Of a stretch of 64,000 nucleotides of DNA, positions 36,501 to 47,034 are shown one piece after another. The stretch's first letter is position 1. Each line of letters opens with the position of its first letter. The stretch spans positions 9,497 through 73,496 of the forward strand of contig JAJYFE010000001.1 in NCBI GenBank assembly GCA_021785435.1. Direction: 5' to 3'. Under the pieces are notes generated by a model that searched no databases, had not been told where the DNA came from, and saw nothing but the letters and a program-made list of their open reading frames with translations. Source of the DNA: Planctomycetota bacterium (GTDB lineage: Bacteria > Planctomycetota > Phycisphaerae > WQYP01). Made by a program: the position numbers and the translations under genes.

Positions 36501-37703
36501 CCCGCCTTGAGGCAGCGCATCCGGAAGGCGGCGGAACAATTAGGCTACCATCCGAATGTCAACGCCCGGGCGTTGGCCCGCAACCAATCGATGCTGATCG
36601 GCGTGCTTTATAACGGCGTCAATTTCCTTCAGAGCATGCAATTTCTGGCCGGTTTGCAGGAGGTATGCCTCGCCCGCGATTACGCCCCGCTTTTCTTAAG
36701 CCATCAGAATGCCGCCATGGAGCGGGCCAATCTGCGCCTGTGCCTGCGGCGCAAGGTCGATGCGCTGATCGTCAACCCGTGGGTGGAAAACGAGGATCCT
36801 GACCCATCGCGAATGGGCCGGGACTTCCAGCCGTCGGCATCACCCTACCGGAAAATCGTAAAGTCCGGCTTGCCGATGACCGAGGTTTTTGGACGGCGGG
36901 TTCCCGGGGTTTGCTCCGTGCGCTACGACCACCTTGCGGAGGGCAAGCTGGCCGCCAGGCATTTGATTGAGCACGGCCACCGGCGAATTGTGCTGTTCAC
37001 CCACGCCTGGTACCGGGCCGTGGAAAAAATACCGGGCTTGTGTTTTGACGCCTATGAACAATGGCAGGGCTATGCCGCCGAGATGCGCCGCATCGGCGCC
37101 GAGCCGGTCGTCGTGGCGCACCCACTGACCTTGCAGCCAACCATCCGCAGCGATCCGATGGCATTCCACCAAGCCGCCATGGAGTCCGTCCGCGGCGTGT
37201 TCGATCATCCGGCTGCGCCCACCGCGGTCCTGTGCTACTCGGCGTACCAGGCCCTGGCGGTGCTGAAAATAGCGCAGGCTCGCGGGATCCACGTGCCGAC
37301 CGAGCTGTCCCTTGTCTCCGGCAACGACTTTCCATTCGCCTGGCCTGACGGCCAGCGTCTCACCTGCATTGTCCGGGATCCGACGGAGGCTGGGCGCGTT
37401 GCGGCGAAAACGGTGTTCGCCCAACTGGACACCGGCACCGCGACAGACGCTGCCATCGCGCCGACCCTTCAGCCGGGTGAAACAGTCGCGGACCTAAAAG
37501 CTCAGGCGGTGAAGACGGCACCGCGCGGTTACGGCAAGACTATAACCGGTCAGAGAGTAATCCCCATGCAGACCGATGGCCGGCAGTTTAGTCGCCCGCG
37601 GCGACCCGTGGCGAACGCGATCCGCCGACGCGGTAAACAAGATGGACCGCCCAGGCGCCAAGAACGCTGGGATCAAGCTTTGGTAATGTCAGGAAGCGTC
37701 TGA
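36405..37703 (+). CDS. LacI-family transcriptional regulator (about 80-aa C-terminal tail beyond the usual length, containing a dispersed-repeat motif)
   Basis: N-terminal HTH LRDIADKVGVSMMTVSRSLNG and periplasmic-binding-fold core. No stop until 37703, although the family is usually about 340 aa. Confidence 0.75.
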   Translation: MPVTLRDIADKVGVSMMTVSRSLNGEAPSMVSPALRQRIRKAAEQLGYHPNVNARALARNQSMLIGVLYNGVNFLQSMQFLAGLQEVCLARDYAPLFLSHQNAAMERANLRLCLRRKVDALIVNPWVENEDPDPSRMGRDFQPSASPYRKIVKSGLPMTEVFGRRVPGVCSVRYDHLAEGKLAARHLIEHGHRRIVLFTHAWYRAVEKIPGLCFDAYEQWQGYAAEMRRIGAEPVVVAHPLTLQPTIRSDPMAFHQAAMESVRGVFDHPAAPTAVLCYSAYQALAVLKIAQARGIHVPTELSLVSGNDFPFAWPDGQRLTCIVRDPTEAGRVAAKTVFAQLDTGTATDAAIAPTLQPGETVADLKAQAVKTAPRGYGKTITGQRVIPMQTDGRQFSRPRRPVANAIRRRGKQDGPPRRQERWDQALVMSGSV

Positions 37704-37833
37704 GGTATAAGGAGTCCCGCCATGTAGACACATCAAAGTCATCCGCGTAGTGGTTCCGTTTGGAAAATCCCAAAGGCTCGCCGTTCGCGGAGTCGTTACG
37801 GCGGCAGTTCACCTTTTTTCAAAGGAGTCGCTC

Positions 37834-39225
37834 ATGTTTGGTTCACTGAAAATGGATCGCGGAGTCGCCAAGGCGACGAACTTAACCTTGGGTACTGGTA
37901 ATACTGGCTCTCTTTTAAAGGAGATTACAATGCGAGCGTACCAAAACATCCAATTCGTAGTCGCAGCCGTGTTGTCCCCCGTTACCTGGCTGCTTACTGC
38001 GGTGGCCCTGCTGCTGAACTCCATGGTGCTGAGCCTGGCCCGGGGACTGGGCGCCTACGGCGACCTGGAATCCCTGGTCAGTCGCGCCGGATTCCGGTCG
38101 TGGCGACGCCGTTTCAGAGGCGCGTTGGCGTTTACCCTGATCGAGCTGCTGGTAGTGATATCAATAATAGCTATTCTCATATCTATATTACTTCCAGCAT
38201 TGGCCAAAGCCCGGGAACTGGCCAACCGCGCGGTCTGCATGGCCAATATCCGCGGGATCATCCAGTCCATGGTGACCTATGCTCAGTCGAACGACGGCAC
38301 CTTCCCGGCCACGCCAACCGTCCAGTCCCCCGGCGAGGTGGGCAACGGGCCGGATTTGCCGAACAACTCGGCCATCTCCGGCCAGACCGCCCAGGAAGTG
38401 ACGGCACTGTGGTATTACAACATGGTCTACCCAAGCGGCCCGCCGGTCACCCCGCTGGCCTGCATGTGGCTGCTGGTCCTCGAGGGTTACGACGCGCCGG
38501 CGAGCTTCGTGTGCCCATCCGATCCCTTGGCGCAGGGGCCGTCGCTGGAATACTGGACGCCGCCAAGCAACGGCTTCACCAGCGCCACCTACGTAGGCAA
38601 CTTCGGGTTAATGTCCCCGACCCAGGCTGTGGCGAACCCTGTCAACGATGTCGGCGCGGGGGAGAGCTACTCCATCGCTTTCCCTTGGCCGACGGAGTAC
38701 GACGCTGCGATAGGGGCGAACAACATGATGCCGGCCCAGCCCGGCCGCTGGTGGACCACGGACGGTGCGGACAGCGAGGTTCCGCTGGTCAGCGACATGG
38801 CGCCGGTCGATGGCGGCGGCGCAAGCACGGTCTCCTTGGGATCCGGACCGGGAACTGGCGCCTTCCAACGCGTCACGACCACGCTGCCAACGGCCAACAC
38901 CTATGGGCCCTATATTTACAACTCCGGCAATCATGCCGGCGACGGCCAGAATGTGGGTTTTGGCGATGTTCACGTCACTTGGGAAACTTCGCCCTATGTG
39001 GGCGAAAATGGTGATAATATTTTCACCTACACCACCGCCACGGGTGTGGTCAATGGCACCACGGACACGAATCAGAGGGGGACGTCGGGGTACCCGGGAT
39101 ACCCGCCGACGGGGTACGGCGTGGTGCCCTACTACATCAAGACGCTGGCCCCGCCCTTTGACATCTGCATGGCGCCGGTGCGCACGGTAAACCCGACCAC
39201 GGCGTCGCAGAACATTGCGTGGTGA
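37834..39225 (+). CDS. DUF1559 domain protein with a prepilin-type N-terminal methylation motif, preceded by an unusual roughly 100-aa N-terminal extension
   Basis: [43 protein letters not shown] plus the C-terminal [12 protein letters not shown] motif typical of DUF1559. AGGAG precedes ATG 37834; an alternative start is 37930. Confidence 0.7.
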   Translation: MFGSLKMDRGVAKATNLTLGTGNTGSLLKEITMRAYQNIQFVVAAVLSPVTWLLTAVALLLNSMVLSLARGLGAYGDLESLVSRAGFRSWRRRFRGALAFTLIELLVVISIIAILISILLPALAKARELANRAVCMANIRGIIQSMVTYAQSNDGTFPATPTVQSPGEVGNGPDLPNNSAISGQTAQEVTALWYYNMVYPSGPPVTPLACMWLLVLEGYDAPASFVCPSDPLAQGPSLEYWTPPSNGFTSATYVGNFGLMSPTQAVANPVNDVGAGESYSIAFPWPTEYDAAIGANNMMPAQPGRWWTTDGADSEVPLVSDMAPVDGGGASTVSLGSGPGTGAFQRVTTTLPTANTYGPYIYNSGNHAGDGQNVGFGDVHVTWETSPYVGENGDNIFTYTTATGVVNGTTDTNQRGTSGYPGYPPTGYGVVPYYIKTLAPPFDICMAPVRTVNPTTASQNIAW

Positions 39226-39246
39226 ACTGACCGAACGCCGAGGTAT

Positions 39247-39277
39247 CCCCGGAGGAGCGGCGGCCCGTCCTCCGGGG
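39247..39277 (+). terminator. Strong GC hairpin (CCCCGGAGGA-loop-TCCTCCGGGG) downstream of the DUF1559 gene; candidate terminator without a U-tract
   Basis: 10-bp perfect stem seen directly. Confidence 0.35.
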
Positions 39278-39360
39278 TGGGAACAATAGCCAGCCCGTGT
39301 TTTCGGGCGCGGCAACGTCAATGAACGTCAACACAGCCTGATTTTGAAGGGGCCTGAAAA

Positions 39361-42048
39361 ATGAAATCCTTCTTGTTCCACCGTTGCGGTGCTTCCCTGG
39401 CCGCCATGATATGGTTCGGCCTCGCGCTAGCCCCGGTCTGTCGCGCCGGCGCCGGCGGTTGCCGCCACAGGCCATCTCCGGCGTTCATCAACACCTGGCT
39501 GGTGTTGGGAACGTTTCCCAACACCCCCTCCAACACCGGCTTGGGCCGCGCCTGGATACCCGAGGCCACGGCCTCGCCGGAGGAAGGCGCTGTCGCCGGC
39601 GGTCATACCTGGCGCTACTTCGACGACCATCTTTTTTCGCGCAACTACGACAACTACCAGGACCTTTTCAGCTATTTCCACATCGAACGCCGGGAGTCAG
39701 TGGCCGCGAAGGTCGCCTACGCTTTCACCTACCTTTACACGCCCCGGGCCCGGAACGCCCAGCTCCGCATGGCTGCGGACACGTCGGCGAAAGCCTGGCT
39801 CAATGGCCAGGTCGTCACCCGCTTTCTGGACGGCTCGGGGCGCCGGCAGGACAACCGGACAAACGTCGCACTCCGTGCGGGCTGGAACCGCCTGCTGCTG
39901 AAGATCGCCAACAGCGAAGATGGCCGCTTCGGCTTTTACGCGCGGGTTTGCGCCCGCAGTGGCGATAATCTGCCTGGCTTGGTCATCTCGCCGGATGGGC
40001 CGGGGGACGGACAATTGCAGGTGGAAACCAAAGCCATGGCTGATATCAGGCCGCGGCTGATGGGGCTAACCAAGTCCCCTGACATGCCGATCGGCTGGCG
40101 CTCATGGCCATACGTGGGCGCCCAACCGGATCCAAACAACCCGGTTTTTGACCTGGTCAAAGGGGGGGCGCTCACGACCTTCATCGCGGACCGGAACACA
40201 TTGCTGCAGGCGTCGAATTTCCAATTTGCCGCCCAGGGCGGTACGCCGCCCTACGATTGGAACCTCGGCGCCCATGGCGGCCTCCCGCCGGGCCTTTCGC
40301 TCCAACCCAACGGAACCATCACGGGCACGATTTCGCCCTACGCGAAGCTGGGCACGTATCATTTTACCGTCTGGGTGATGGACGCCGGGGGAAAACTGGC
40401 CTCGAAGAGGCTCTCGATAATCGTACGCCCGCGGCCCAACAAATGGTACGAGGAGGCTCGCCTTGTCGGCCTGATGGAAGGAACCGGGACCCTGGAACCG
40501 GCCGAGATCCCACCCTACGTCCGGATACTCAAGCGTGAGGGGTACCAGGCGGTTATGGTGAAGGCGTTCAACAATGGCGGCATGAGGTTCTGGTACCCGA
40601 CGAAGTTCAGCAGGGTTCCGGTGGAGCGTAACTACGTTGCACCTTGGAAGGAGGCCGTAGAGACGCAGGGCATGAGGTTCGGCGTGTACATGGGCAACAT
40701 AACCAACCTCCCGGGCCTGCCGTTCTCAAGCAATCAGGCGGTTCTGGTGCTCCAACAGGTCATGCAACGGTTCCACCCGGCCGTGCTGTGGTTTGACTGG
40801 TCGGGGCTGAACGCGGTTTCCCCCGACGCCATGTTCAGCGCCATCCGCACCCTCGACCCCAAGACGGTGATCGTTCTCAACGGCGCGATGCGCGGCAGCA
40901 CCGGCGACTGGGACGAAATCTGCTTCGAGGGCTGGGGGGCGTGGGGGAGCCGTGCGCGGGCTTGGGGCGTCTGGCCCAGGCCGATTCCGTGGCCACTGAA
41001 GAACTCGCCGGAGGCATGGCGACTGATGGTCCAGCCCGGCTGGGGCCCTTACAACCCCACTAACATCCTCTCGAGCTGGAAACAGATGCTCCGCATCCAG
41101 ATTTCCCTGATCGGCGCGGGCTTCGTGGCGGATGTCGACGCGATCCCCTGGCTGGGGGGAGGCCCGTCGCCTCTTCCGCTTGGCCGAATGCCGGAGGTTG
41201 TCAACCATGATAAGATGGCCGACTGGGCTAATCCGTCAGGCATGCCGCCGCTTTATCCGTCGTTTACCTGGGTCAATCCCGGCCCGTTGCATCCGGCCTC
41301 CTGGGGTTATGACGTTATCAACCTGCGACGGAATGTGATCTATCTCCACATACTTAAGAACCCGCGCGGCAAGACCGGGCTTCCAGGTGATCGGACCCTA
41401 ACCGTCCGGCCGGTCACTGAAAGAGTGAAGGATGTGGTCTGGATGAACGCCAACAAGCCGTTGAAATTCGCCCAGCACCTCACCCAGACCGATCACGGTT
41501 TGACCATTGATACCACGGGTGTCAAGCCGAGCCGAATTGACACCGTTATTCGCATCGACCTAGAACATCCCCTGCCGCGGCCGTCGCTGGTGGCGCGCCG
41601 GGCCGTTCCCGCCGGAAATCTGGCCTACCGCAGGCCGGCTCGGTTGCTCAGCGCGGACGGCTCGCGTGTATTGCCGCCCAGCGTCCACAATCGTGCTCGT
41701 TACGGCGTGGACGGCGACCTCTCGACCTGCGCTGAGGCCGCCAATGATTGGGCATGGGCCTACCAGGTGGATCTGCAACGGCTCTTCCGAATCGGGCGGA
41801 TTGACGTTATCTTCACCCAGCGCGCGTACGCCACCGAATACAATATCCTGCTCTCGGTCAATGGCCTGCAATGGAAACAGGTGGCCCATCTGACCACGAA
41901 TCACGGCGGCGCCCACGTAACCCGAATCCAGCCAACCTTGGCCCGCTATGTGCGGATACAGGCGGTAAAACCGGATGGGCCTGGCCAACCTGGGGCGCAA
42001 ATGGCCATTGCGGAATTGCGGGTATTCGCCGCGAATGAGAAGCCGTGA
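39361..42048 (+). CDS. Large secreted multidomain glycoside hydrolase: lectin-like beta-sandwich, putative Ig (He_PIG) domain, GH29-like TIM barrel, C-terminal F5/8-type C (discoidin) domain
   Basis: Signal peptide; AWLNGQVV...GWNRLLLKIANSEDGRFGF (sugar-binding-like); PYDWNLGAHGGLPPGLSLQPNGTITGT (He_PIG); ...GMRFGVYMG...VLWFDWSG (GH29-like); WAWAYQVDLQRLFRIGRIDVIF...LSVNGLQW (discoidin). Confidence 0.7.
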   Translation: MKSFLFHRCGASLAAMIWFGLALAPVCRAGAGGCRHRPSPAFINTWLVLGTFPNTPSNTGLGRAWIPEATASPEEGAVAGGHTWRYFDDHLFSRNYDNYQDLFSYFHIERRESVAAKVAYAFTYLYTPRARNAQLRMAADTSAKAWLNGQVVTRFLDGSGRRQDNRTNVALRAGWNRLLLKIANSEDGRFGFYARVCARSGDNLPGLVISPDGPGDGQLQVETKAMADIRPRLMGLTKSPDMPIGWRSWPYVGAQPDPNNPVFDLVKGGALTTFIADRNTLLQASNFQFAAQGGTPPYDWNLGAHGGLPPGLSLQPNGTITGTISPYAKLGTYHFTVWVMDAGGKLASKRLSIIVRPRPNKWYEEARLVGLMEGTGTLEPAEIPPYVRILKREGYQAVMVKAFNNGGMRFWYPTKFSRVPVERNYVAPWKEAVETQGMRFGVYMGNITNLPGLPFSSNQAVLVLQQVMQRFHPAVLWFDWSGLNAVSPDAMFSAIRTLDPKTVIVLNGAMRGSTGDWDEICFEGWGAWGSRARAWGVWPRPIPWPLKNSPEAWRLMVQPGWGPYNPTNILSSWKQMLRIQISLIGAGFVADVDAIPWLGGGPSPLPLGRMPEVVNHDKMADWANPSGMPPLYPSFTWVNPGPLHPASWGYDVINLRRNVIYLHILKNPRGKTGLPGDRTLTVRPVTERVKDVVWMNANKPLKFAQHLTQTDHGLTIDTTGVKPSRIDTVIRIDLEHPLPRPSLVARRAVPAGNLAYRRPARLLSADGSRVLPPSVHNRARYGVDGDLSTCAEAANDWAWAYQVDLQRLFRIGRIDVIFTQRAYATEYNILLSVNGLQWKQVAHLTTNHGGAHVTRIQPTLARYVRIQAVKPDGPGQPGAQMAIAELRVFAANEKP

Positions 42049-43400
42049 AGGCACGGGCCGGTCGGCCGGGGACTCCGGCTGAAAAAGACCAGAAAGCCCC
42101 AACCGCAGCGCCGTATCATGTCGGAACCTTGGTGTACAGTCGCGGCGACTTGCAGCGCCTGTTTTTCTGGCTGCTGCTGGGCGATTTCGCGTCCAACGTC
42201 ATGGGGGCGGCCCTGCCGACCCTGCTGCCGCTGCAACTCAGCGCCCGTGGCGTATCCGCCGCCACGATTGGCTGGGTGCTTTCGCTCGCCCCCCTGGCCA
42301 CGATTATCTTCTCTCCGTTTCTGGGCGTCTGGAGTGATCGGCTGCGCACGCGCTGGGGGCGGCGCCGGCCGTTCCTGATCGTCAGCACGCCCATCGTGGC
42401 GGCGGGGATGCTGTTACTGCCCCACATTCAAAATATGCTCTTACTGCAGGTGGTGGTGACGGTCGTGCAGATCGCCAACGTGCTCCAGACGATCCTGCTG
42501 TATCTGTATGCGGACATCATGCCGCCTTCACTGATGGGGCGCTTTATGGGGGGCTTCAGTTTCGTCGGCGCCCTGGGAACCATGGCCTTTCAATATTTTT
42601 TGGTGCCGTGGTTCGGGACGGCGCCGACGATGGTCTGGACGATCTGTGCGATCTTCTATTTCGTGTTGTTCCAGCTGTCCGTGCACAACGTGCGGGAGGG
42701 GCAATATCCGGCGCCCGAACCGACCCGAAGGTCGCATATACTCCGCGGCTATCTGAAAGACGGGGCGGGAAGCTGGTACATCTGGTGCCTCTGGGCGGCC
42801 CTGGGGATGAACGCTCTGGCCGGCCCGGCGGGGCTTTACTACAATCTTCTCTGCCGGGACCAGCTGGGCATGAGCATGCGCGCGATTGGCATGATGAACA
42901 CGGTCGCGACCATTCCCCGGCTGTTTGTGATGTTGCCGGGGGGATGGCTGATTGACCGCTTCGGACCGCGCAAGCTGTGGGGCCTTTTCAGCCTGCTTAG
43001 CGGCGGCGTGACCCTGGGCGCCTGGTTCTGGGTGCGGGGCAGCGGCGCGATGCTGCTTTATATGCTGCTCAGCGGTGCCCTTGGCGCCTTTACGAGCGTG
43101 GCCCTCATGCCCATGCTGTATGCCCATCTGCCGAAGGACAAATTCGGCCAGCTGGTCAGTATGCAGTCCGTGGTGATGTTTACGTTGATCTTCCTGAGCA
43201 CCAACGCCGTCGGACAACTTATCACGCTGCGGCACGGTGATTATTTTATCACGTTTCTCTATGGAGGACCGATTATGATGCTCACGCCGATTTTCATACT
43301 CCTGCTGGCCCGGGCCAAGAACCCATTCGCCGGGATGGCGACCGCCCTGGCCCGGGACGAGGGTGTTCCGGTGAGGGAGGGAGGTTTTGACCACAATTAG
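42045..43400 (+). CDS. MFS/GPH-family sugar:cation symporter
   Basis: 12-TM protein with the WSDRLRTRWGRRRPF motif typical of GPH/MFS; GTG start overlapping the upstream stop (GTGA). Confidence 0.8.
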   Translation: MKARAGRPGTPAEKDQKAPTAAPYHVGTLVYSRGDLQRLFFWLLLGDFASNVMGAALPTLLPLQLSARGVSAATIGWVLSLAPLATIIFSPFLGVWSDRLRTRWGRRRPFLIVSTPIVAAGMLLLPHIQNMLLLQVVVTVVQIANVLQTILLYLYADIMPPSLMGRFMGGFSFVGALGTMAFQYFLVPWFGTAPTMVWTICAIFYFVLFQLSVHNVREGQYPAPEPTRRSHILRGYLKDGAGSWYIWCLWAALGMNALAGPAGLYYNLLCRDQLGMSMRAIGMMNTVATIPRLFVMLPGGWLIDRFGPRKLWGLFSLLSGGVTLGAWFWVRGSGAMLLYMLLSGALGAFTSVALMPMLYAHLPKDKFGQLVSMQSVVMFTLIFLSTNAVGQLITLRHGDYFITFLYGGPIMMLTPIFILLLARAKNPFAGMATALARDEGVPVREGGFDHN

Positions 43401-43724
43401 CCCAGATTCCGCACCACGGTGCCATGGGGTTCACGGAGATCCCAGCGCGGCGAAGCCGCAACCAAACACATAGCCCCCGGCTATGCCGGGGCTAGCGGGT
43501 CCGCCGGGCAGACAAAGTTTGCTATCGAACCAAAATCTTCGCACGGCGCAAGGATTTTGATGGATTGTGGCACGGAGAAATAAGGAGCTGCGAACTTTCT
43601 AGGATTAAATCCCGACGACCATCGGGACTTTCCGAAATCTCGGTATCCCGGCGCACCGGGATTAATTTCAACAACCTCGGCGAACTCTCTGTGGTGAAAT
43701 ATCGGGGTTAGACTGATTTCACGG

Positions 43725-45443
43725 ATGGACGGATACGATGATCTAAACATTCCTTTTATCCGTGCCGCCGGTGTAATCCGTGGTTATTTGGAGCGGTCGG
43801 GGATGGACTCAAGGATGCCCACGATGCCAACCGATTGTCGTTACATGCTTCGCTACTGCCTGATGGCCTACAACGCCGGGCAGCGCATTGCCGAGCTTGT
43901 GGAATACTGCCGCCGTTGCGGGATCGAATCGGTCATGATTCACACCGAATCGCACTCGATGCACCTGCGGCATCGCACGGTGGAGGAAGCCGAGGCCTAC
44001 ACGGATATCCTCGTCCGCTGCGCCGCGGCGTTGCGCGCGGCGAGGATCGAGTTTGGCCTGAACATCTGGCAGACGCTCGGCCATCACGACGCGGCGTTTT
44101 CATCGATCGCCCACTTCGGCTGGCGTCCCATGGTCGGACACGATGGGCGGCTTTCCGCGCGGTCGCCGTTTCCTTTGGCGCTATGGCCGCGCACCGGCGC
44201 GCGCCGTGCCCAATCATTTCCCGGGGTCGGCCCGACCGTTCCGTTCAGCGATGTACCGCATGGTTGGCCGGGCCATTGCGTGCCGCAACCCATGGGTATG
44301 TCGGACGCGCGCATCCGCTGGCGCGACGCGCGCGGGGGCGCCGAGGTGGAAGTGCGGTTCACGAGCCGCGCGACCTGGGACGCCTTTCCGATTTTGTTGT
44401 GGCAACCGCCGATCCTGCCGTCGCAACTCGATGGTTCGCGCGACGGTGTGCAGTGGATGTCGGCGCGACCACAGCGGGGACGCGTCGAGGGCATTCTGCT
44501 CGTCGGCGCGATCCGCCAAACCGGTCGGACGACTTGGAAGGTGTTCATACCCGGTAAGCCGGCGGCGGCGCGGGAACAGGACGTGGTGGAGTTGACGCGT
44601 GAGCTGACGCTGGTCCACATGCCGGCGAGCCTGGAGCCGGTGCGGCACGGATATTTGGTGAAAACACGACGCGGCACCGCGGACGTGCGGATTACCGGGG
44701 GCGTGACGAAGGTGGAAACGCATGGGGGCGAGGCGGCCATGCCAAAGCGTTCGTTCGCGTTGACCAACGAGAGTCCGTATCTGCGTGTGTGGTTGAAGCG
44801 AGGCGCCCTGGTGCGGGTGCGGGCGAAGTTCACGCCGCGGCGCGCCGCAAAAAACTTCTCGCTGGAGAAGGACACGGAGCAGTTGCACGATTGGGTGCGG
44901 CATTCGGTGTTGTTGCCGACGGAGCGCCTGGTGTTTTCGTTGGGTTGCTTCCGTAAATGCATGGAAGGCACATGGGGGCATCCCGTCCAGGAGGATCACG
45001 TGTCCATTACGCGGGAGGGGCTGGGTTACGAAACCCATGAAGTGGATTTCGGCCAGGCATGGGCGCCAGGTCACACGACCTGGGTGCAGCCGTGGAGGCT
45101 TTCGCTGATCCTTCTTCATACGGATGGGTTGAAGGGAAAGATGGCGCGAATTCATCTGCATGCCTACGATTATGTTCCAGGGCTGAATCGAACGTTCGTG
45201 GTGACCGCTAATGATCGGTTGCCGAATGGATTTTCACAATGGTTGATTCCGGAGGGGCCCGCGGCGCGGTTCAGCCCGCAGTCGGTGTGCAGTTTCAGCG
45301 CAACCGATGCACTCTTGGCGGAGGGCAAAGTGAAAATCAGCCTAAACTCGGTGCTGCGTCATCCGGTGAACGATTGGGTCAAGGACAGGGCGTTTTCATT
45401 ATTACTCGCCGACGTATGGGTGAGCGTGCGGGAGAATCCATGA
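43725..45443 (+). CDS. Hypothetical protein (572 aa), no family recognised
   Basis: Long ORF in the same orientation as its neighbours. Competing antisense ORFs are Arg-rich artefacts; the central part is itself Arg-rich, so only part may be coding. Confidence 0.35.
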   Translation: MDGYDDLNIPFIRAAGVIRGYLERSGMDSRMPTMPTDCRYMLRYCLMAYNAGQRIAELVEYCRRCGIESVMIHTESHSMHLRHRTVEEAEAYTDILVRCAAALRAARIEFGLNIWQTLGHHDAAFSSIAHFGWRPMVGHDGRLSARSPFPLALWPRTGARRAQSFPGVGPTVPFSDVPHGWPGHCVPQPMGMSDARIRWRDARGGAEVEVRFTSRATWDAFPILLWQPPILPSQLDGSRDGVQWMSARPQRGRVEGILLVGAIRQTGRTTWKVFIPGKPAAAREQDVVELTRELTLVHMPASLEPVRHGYLVKTRRGTADVRITGGVTKVETHGGEAAMPKRSFALTNESPYLRVWLKRGALVRVRAKFTPRRAAKNFSLEKDTEQLHDWVRHSVLLPTERLVFSLGCFRKCMEGTWGHPVQEDHVSITREGLGYETHEVDFGQAWAPGHTTWVQPWRLSLILLHTDGLKGKMARIHLHAYDYVPGLNRTFVVTANDRLPNGFSQWLIPEGPAARFSPQSVCSFSATDALLAEGKVKISLNSVLRHPVNDWVKDRAFSLLLADVWVSVRENP

Positions 45444-45462
45444 AAACTGTGTGGGTAACATG

Positions 45463-45880
45463 GCCATGACGGTGGAGCTCGGCCGGCAGGTGGCCTTGGT
45501 AACAGGCGCGGGCAGGGGCATGGGTCGGGCGATCGCCGACACCCTGACTGTCAACGGCGCGCGTCATCTACGGCGATGTGGACATGGCCTCCGTTACGGC
45601 TGGCGCATGGGCCTCTCCCAACGCCAAGCCCATGGCCGCGGATGTGGTCGATGAAGAACAGGTCGAAACGGGAATTGCCGACGCCATCAGCGAGTCTGGC
45701 CGGCTCGATATTGTGGTCAGCAACGCCGGAATCAACACACTTTATCACCGGGCGAGAATTGACGAATTTACCCGTGATGAAGAAGATCACCTCGTTCAGG
45801 TGGATATCACCGGAGTCCATTCCATAAGCAAATTTGTTTCCTGGGATGACTTTTCGAAAGGTCATAAAGGTGCGTTTTGA
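45463..45880 (+). pseudogene. Short-chain dehydrogenase/reductase remnant: frameshifted at about 45555 and truncated before the YxxxK catalytic region
   Basis: TGAGRGMGRAIA Rossmann motif in one frame; DIVVSNAGI...VDITGV in the next frame; ends at the start of the following gene. Confidence 0.55.
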
Positions 45881-47006
45881 GTCGGAGGACGTTACCTGGC
45901 TGACGGAAGCCTGTAAACGCCAAATCGAGGGATGCCAGCGCAAGGCGTTTGATGGAACGACCCTTTTTACGCCCGATGGAACCGGGCACTATGGCGCGCT
46001 CTGGACACGGGATTTCTATTACGTCACCACGGTCTTTGATTTGCTCGATCCGCGCGAGGTCCGTGCCGCGCTCGAGTACCTTCTGCGCGGGCAACGGGCC
46101 GATGGGGTGATGCCCGACCGAAGGCAGGCCGACGGAACATCCGTTTATTGCGCGGGTTCGCAGGAGCAGCCCGTGGGCCTGCCGCCGCTCGATAATTCCG
46201 CCTTTTCGGTCTTGCTGGTGTGGGAGTATGTGCGCCACACCGGTGAGGCGGCTTTTTTTGGAAAACACCGGGATGGCTTGCTTCGGGCGCAGGCGGCCAT
46301 CCCACGCGGTGAAAAGGGATTGGTGTTCAACGATCCCGTAAGGCCCCATTCGCCGTACGGTTTTGCGGATACGGTCGGCCAGACTGGCGAGCTTTTGTAC
46401 TGTTCGCTGCTCGATTGGCAGGCGTGGACCGCTTTGGCGGCCATGTTGGACCTGCTGGGTGATCGTTCCCAAGGCGCCCGTTGTCGCGCCCGGGCGGATC
46501 TGATCGTGCGGGGCATTCAGACCCTCTGGGATGAAGCCAGTGGGATGTTCCTGGCCGCTTCCCATGATTGCCGACAGATTGATATCTGGGGCAGCGCCTT
46601 TGCGGTTGCAGTTGATTTCCCGCTGCCCTTGGCGCGACGCGGTAAAATCACCGCGTATCTGGCCCGGAACATCGACAGCATTTCCCAAGCGGGACAAATC
46701 AGGCACTTGCCGGCCGGCGCCTACTGGCAGCGTTTACTGGCTCCCATCGCGCCGGATCATTACCAGAATGGCGGATATTGGGGAACCGCGACGGGTTGGG
46801 CGATGCTGGCTTTGGCGCAGGAGTATCCCGAAATAACCCGACGGCTCTTTCATACCATGGTTGCCGACTACCGCCGGAGCGGAATTTATGAGTGGATTTG
46901 CGGCGACAGGCGAACGCTCCCGCGCTATGTGGCCAGCGCGGTGAATCCCTTGGCAGCGGCCCGGCAGCTTCAGTCCCAGTTCGGATTCCCACATGAGGAT
47001 AGCTGA
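45834..47006 (+). CDS. Putative six-hairpin (alpha/alpha)6 glycosidase-like protein
   Basis: Pattern ...QNGGYWGTATGWAMLAL... and aromatic-rich repeats suggest an (alpha/alpha)6 barrel; family uncertain. Confidence 0.45.
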   Translation: MFPGMTFRKVIKVRFESEDVTWLTEACKRQIEGCQRKAFDGTTLFTPDGTGHYGALWTRDFYYVTTVFDLLDPREVRAALEYLLRGQRADGVMPDRRQADGTSVYCAGSQEQPVGLPPLDNSAFSVLLVWEYVRHTGEAAFFGKHRDGLLRAQAAIPRGEKGLVFNDPVRPHSPYGFADTVGQTGELLYCSLLDWQAWTALAAMLDLLGDRSQGARCRARADLIVRGIQTLWDEASGMFLAASHDCRQIDIWGSAFAVAVDFPLPLARRGKITAYLARNIDSISQAGQIRHLPAGAYWQRLLAPIAPDHYQNGGYWGTATGWAMLALAQEYPEITRRLFHTMVADYRRSGIYEWICGDRRTLPRYVASAVNPLAAARQLQSQFGFPHEDS

Positions 47007-47034
47007 GCTAACAAACATCGGCTGTTGCGATGTT

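Noticed and set aside
38100-39321. 304-aa plus-strand and 237-aa minus-strand ORFs
   Set aside because: Off-frame or antisense to the DUF1559 gene; Arg/Gly-rich artefacts.
44084-45161. Minus-strand ORFs of 295 and 315 aa
   Set aside because: Antisense to the 43725-45443 ORF and Arg-rich. The plus-strand call is itself low-confidence, so this region remains uncertain.
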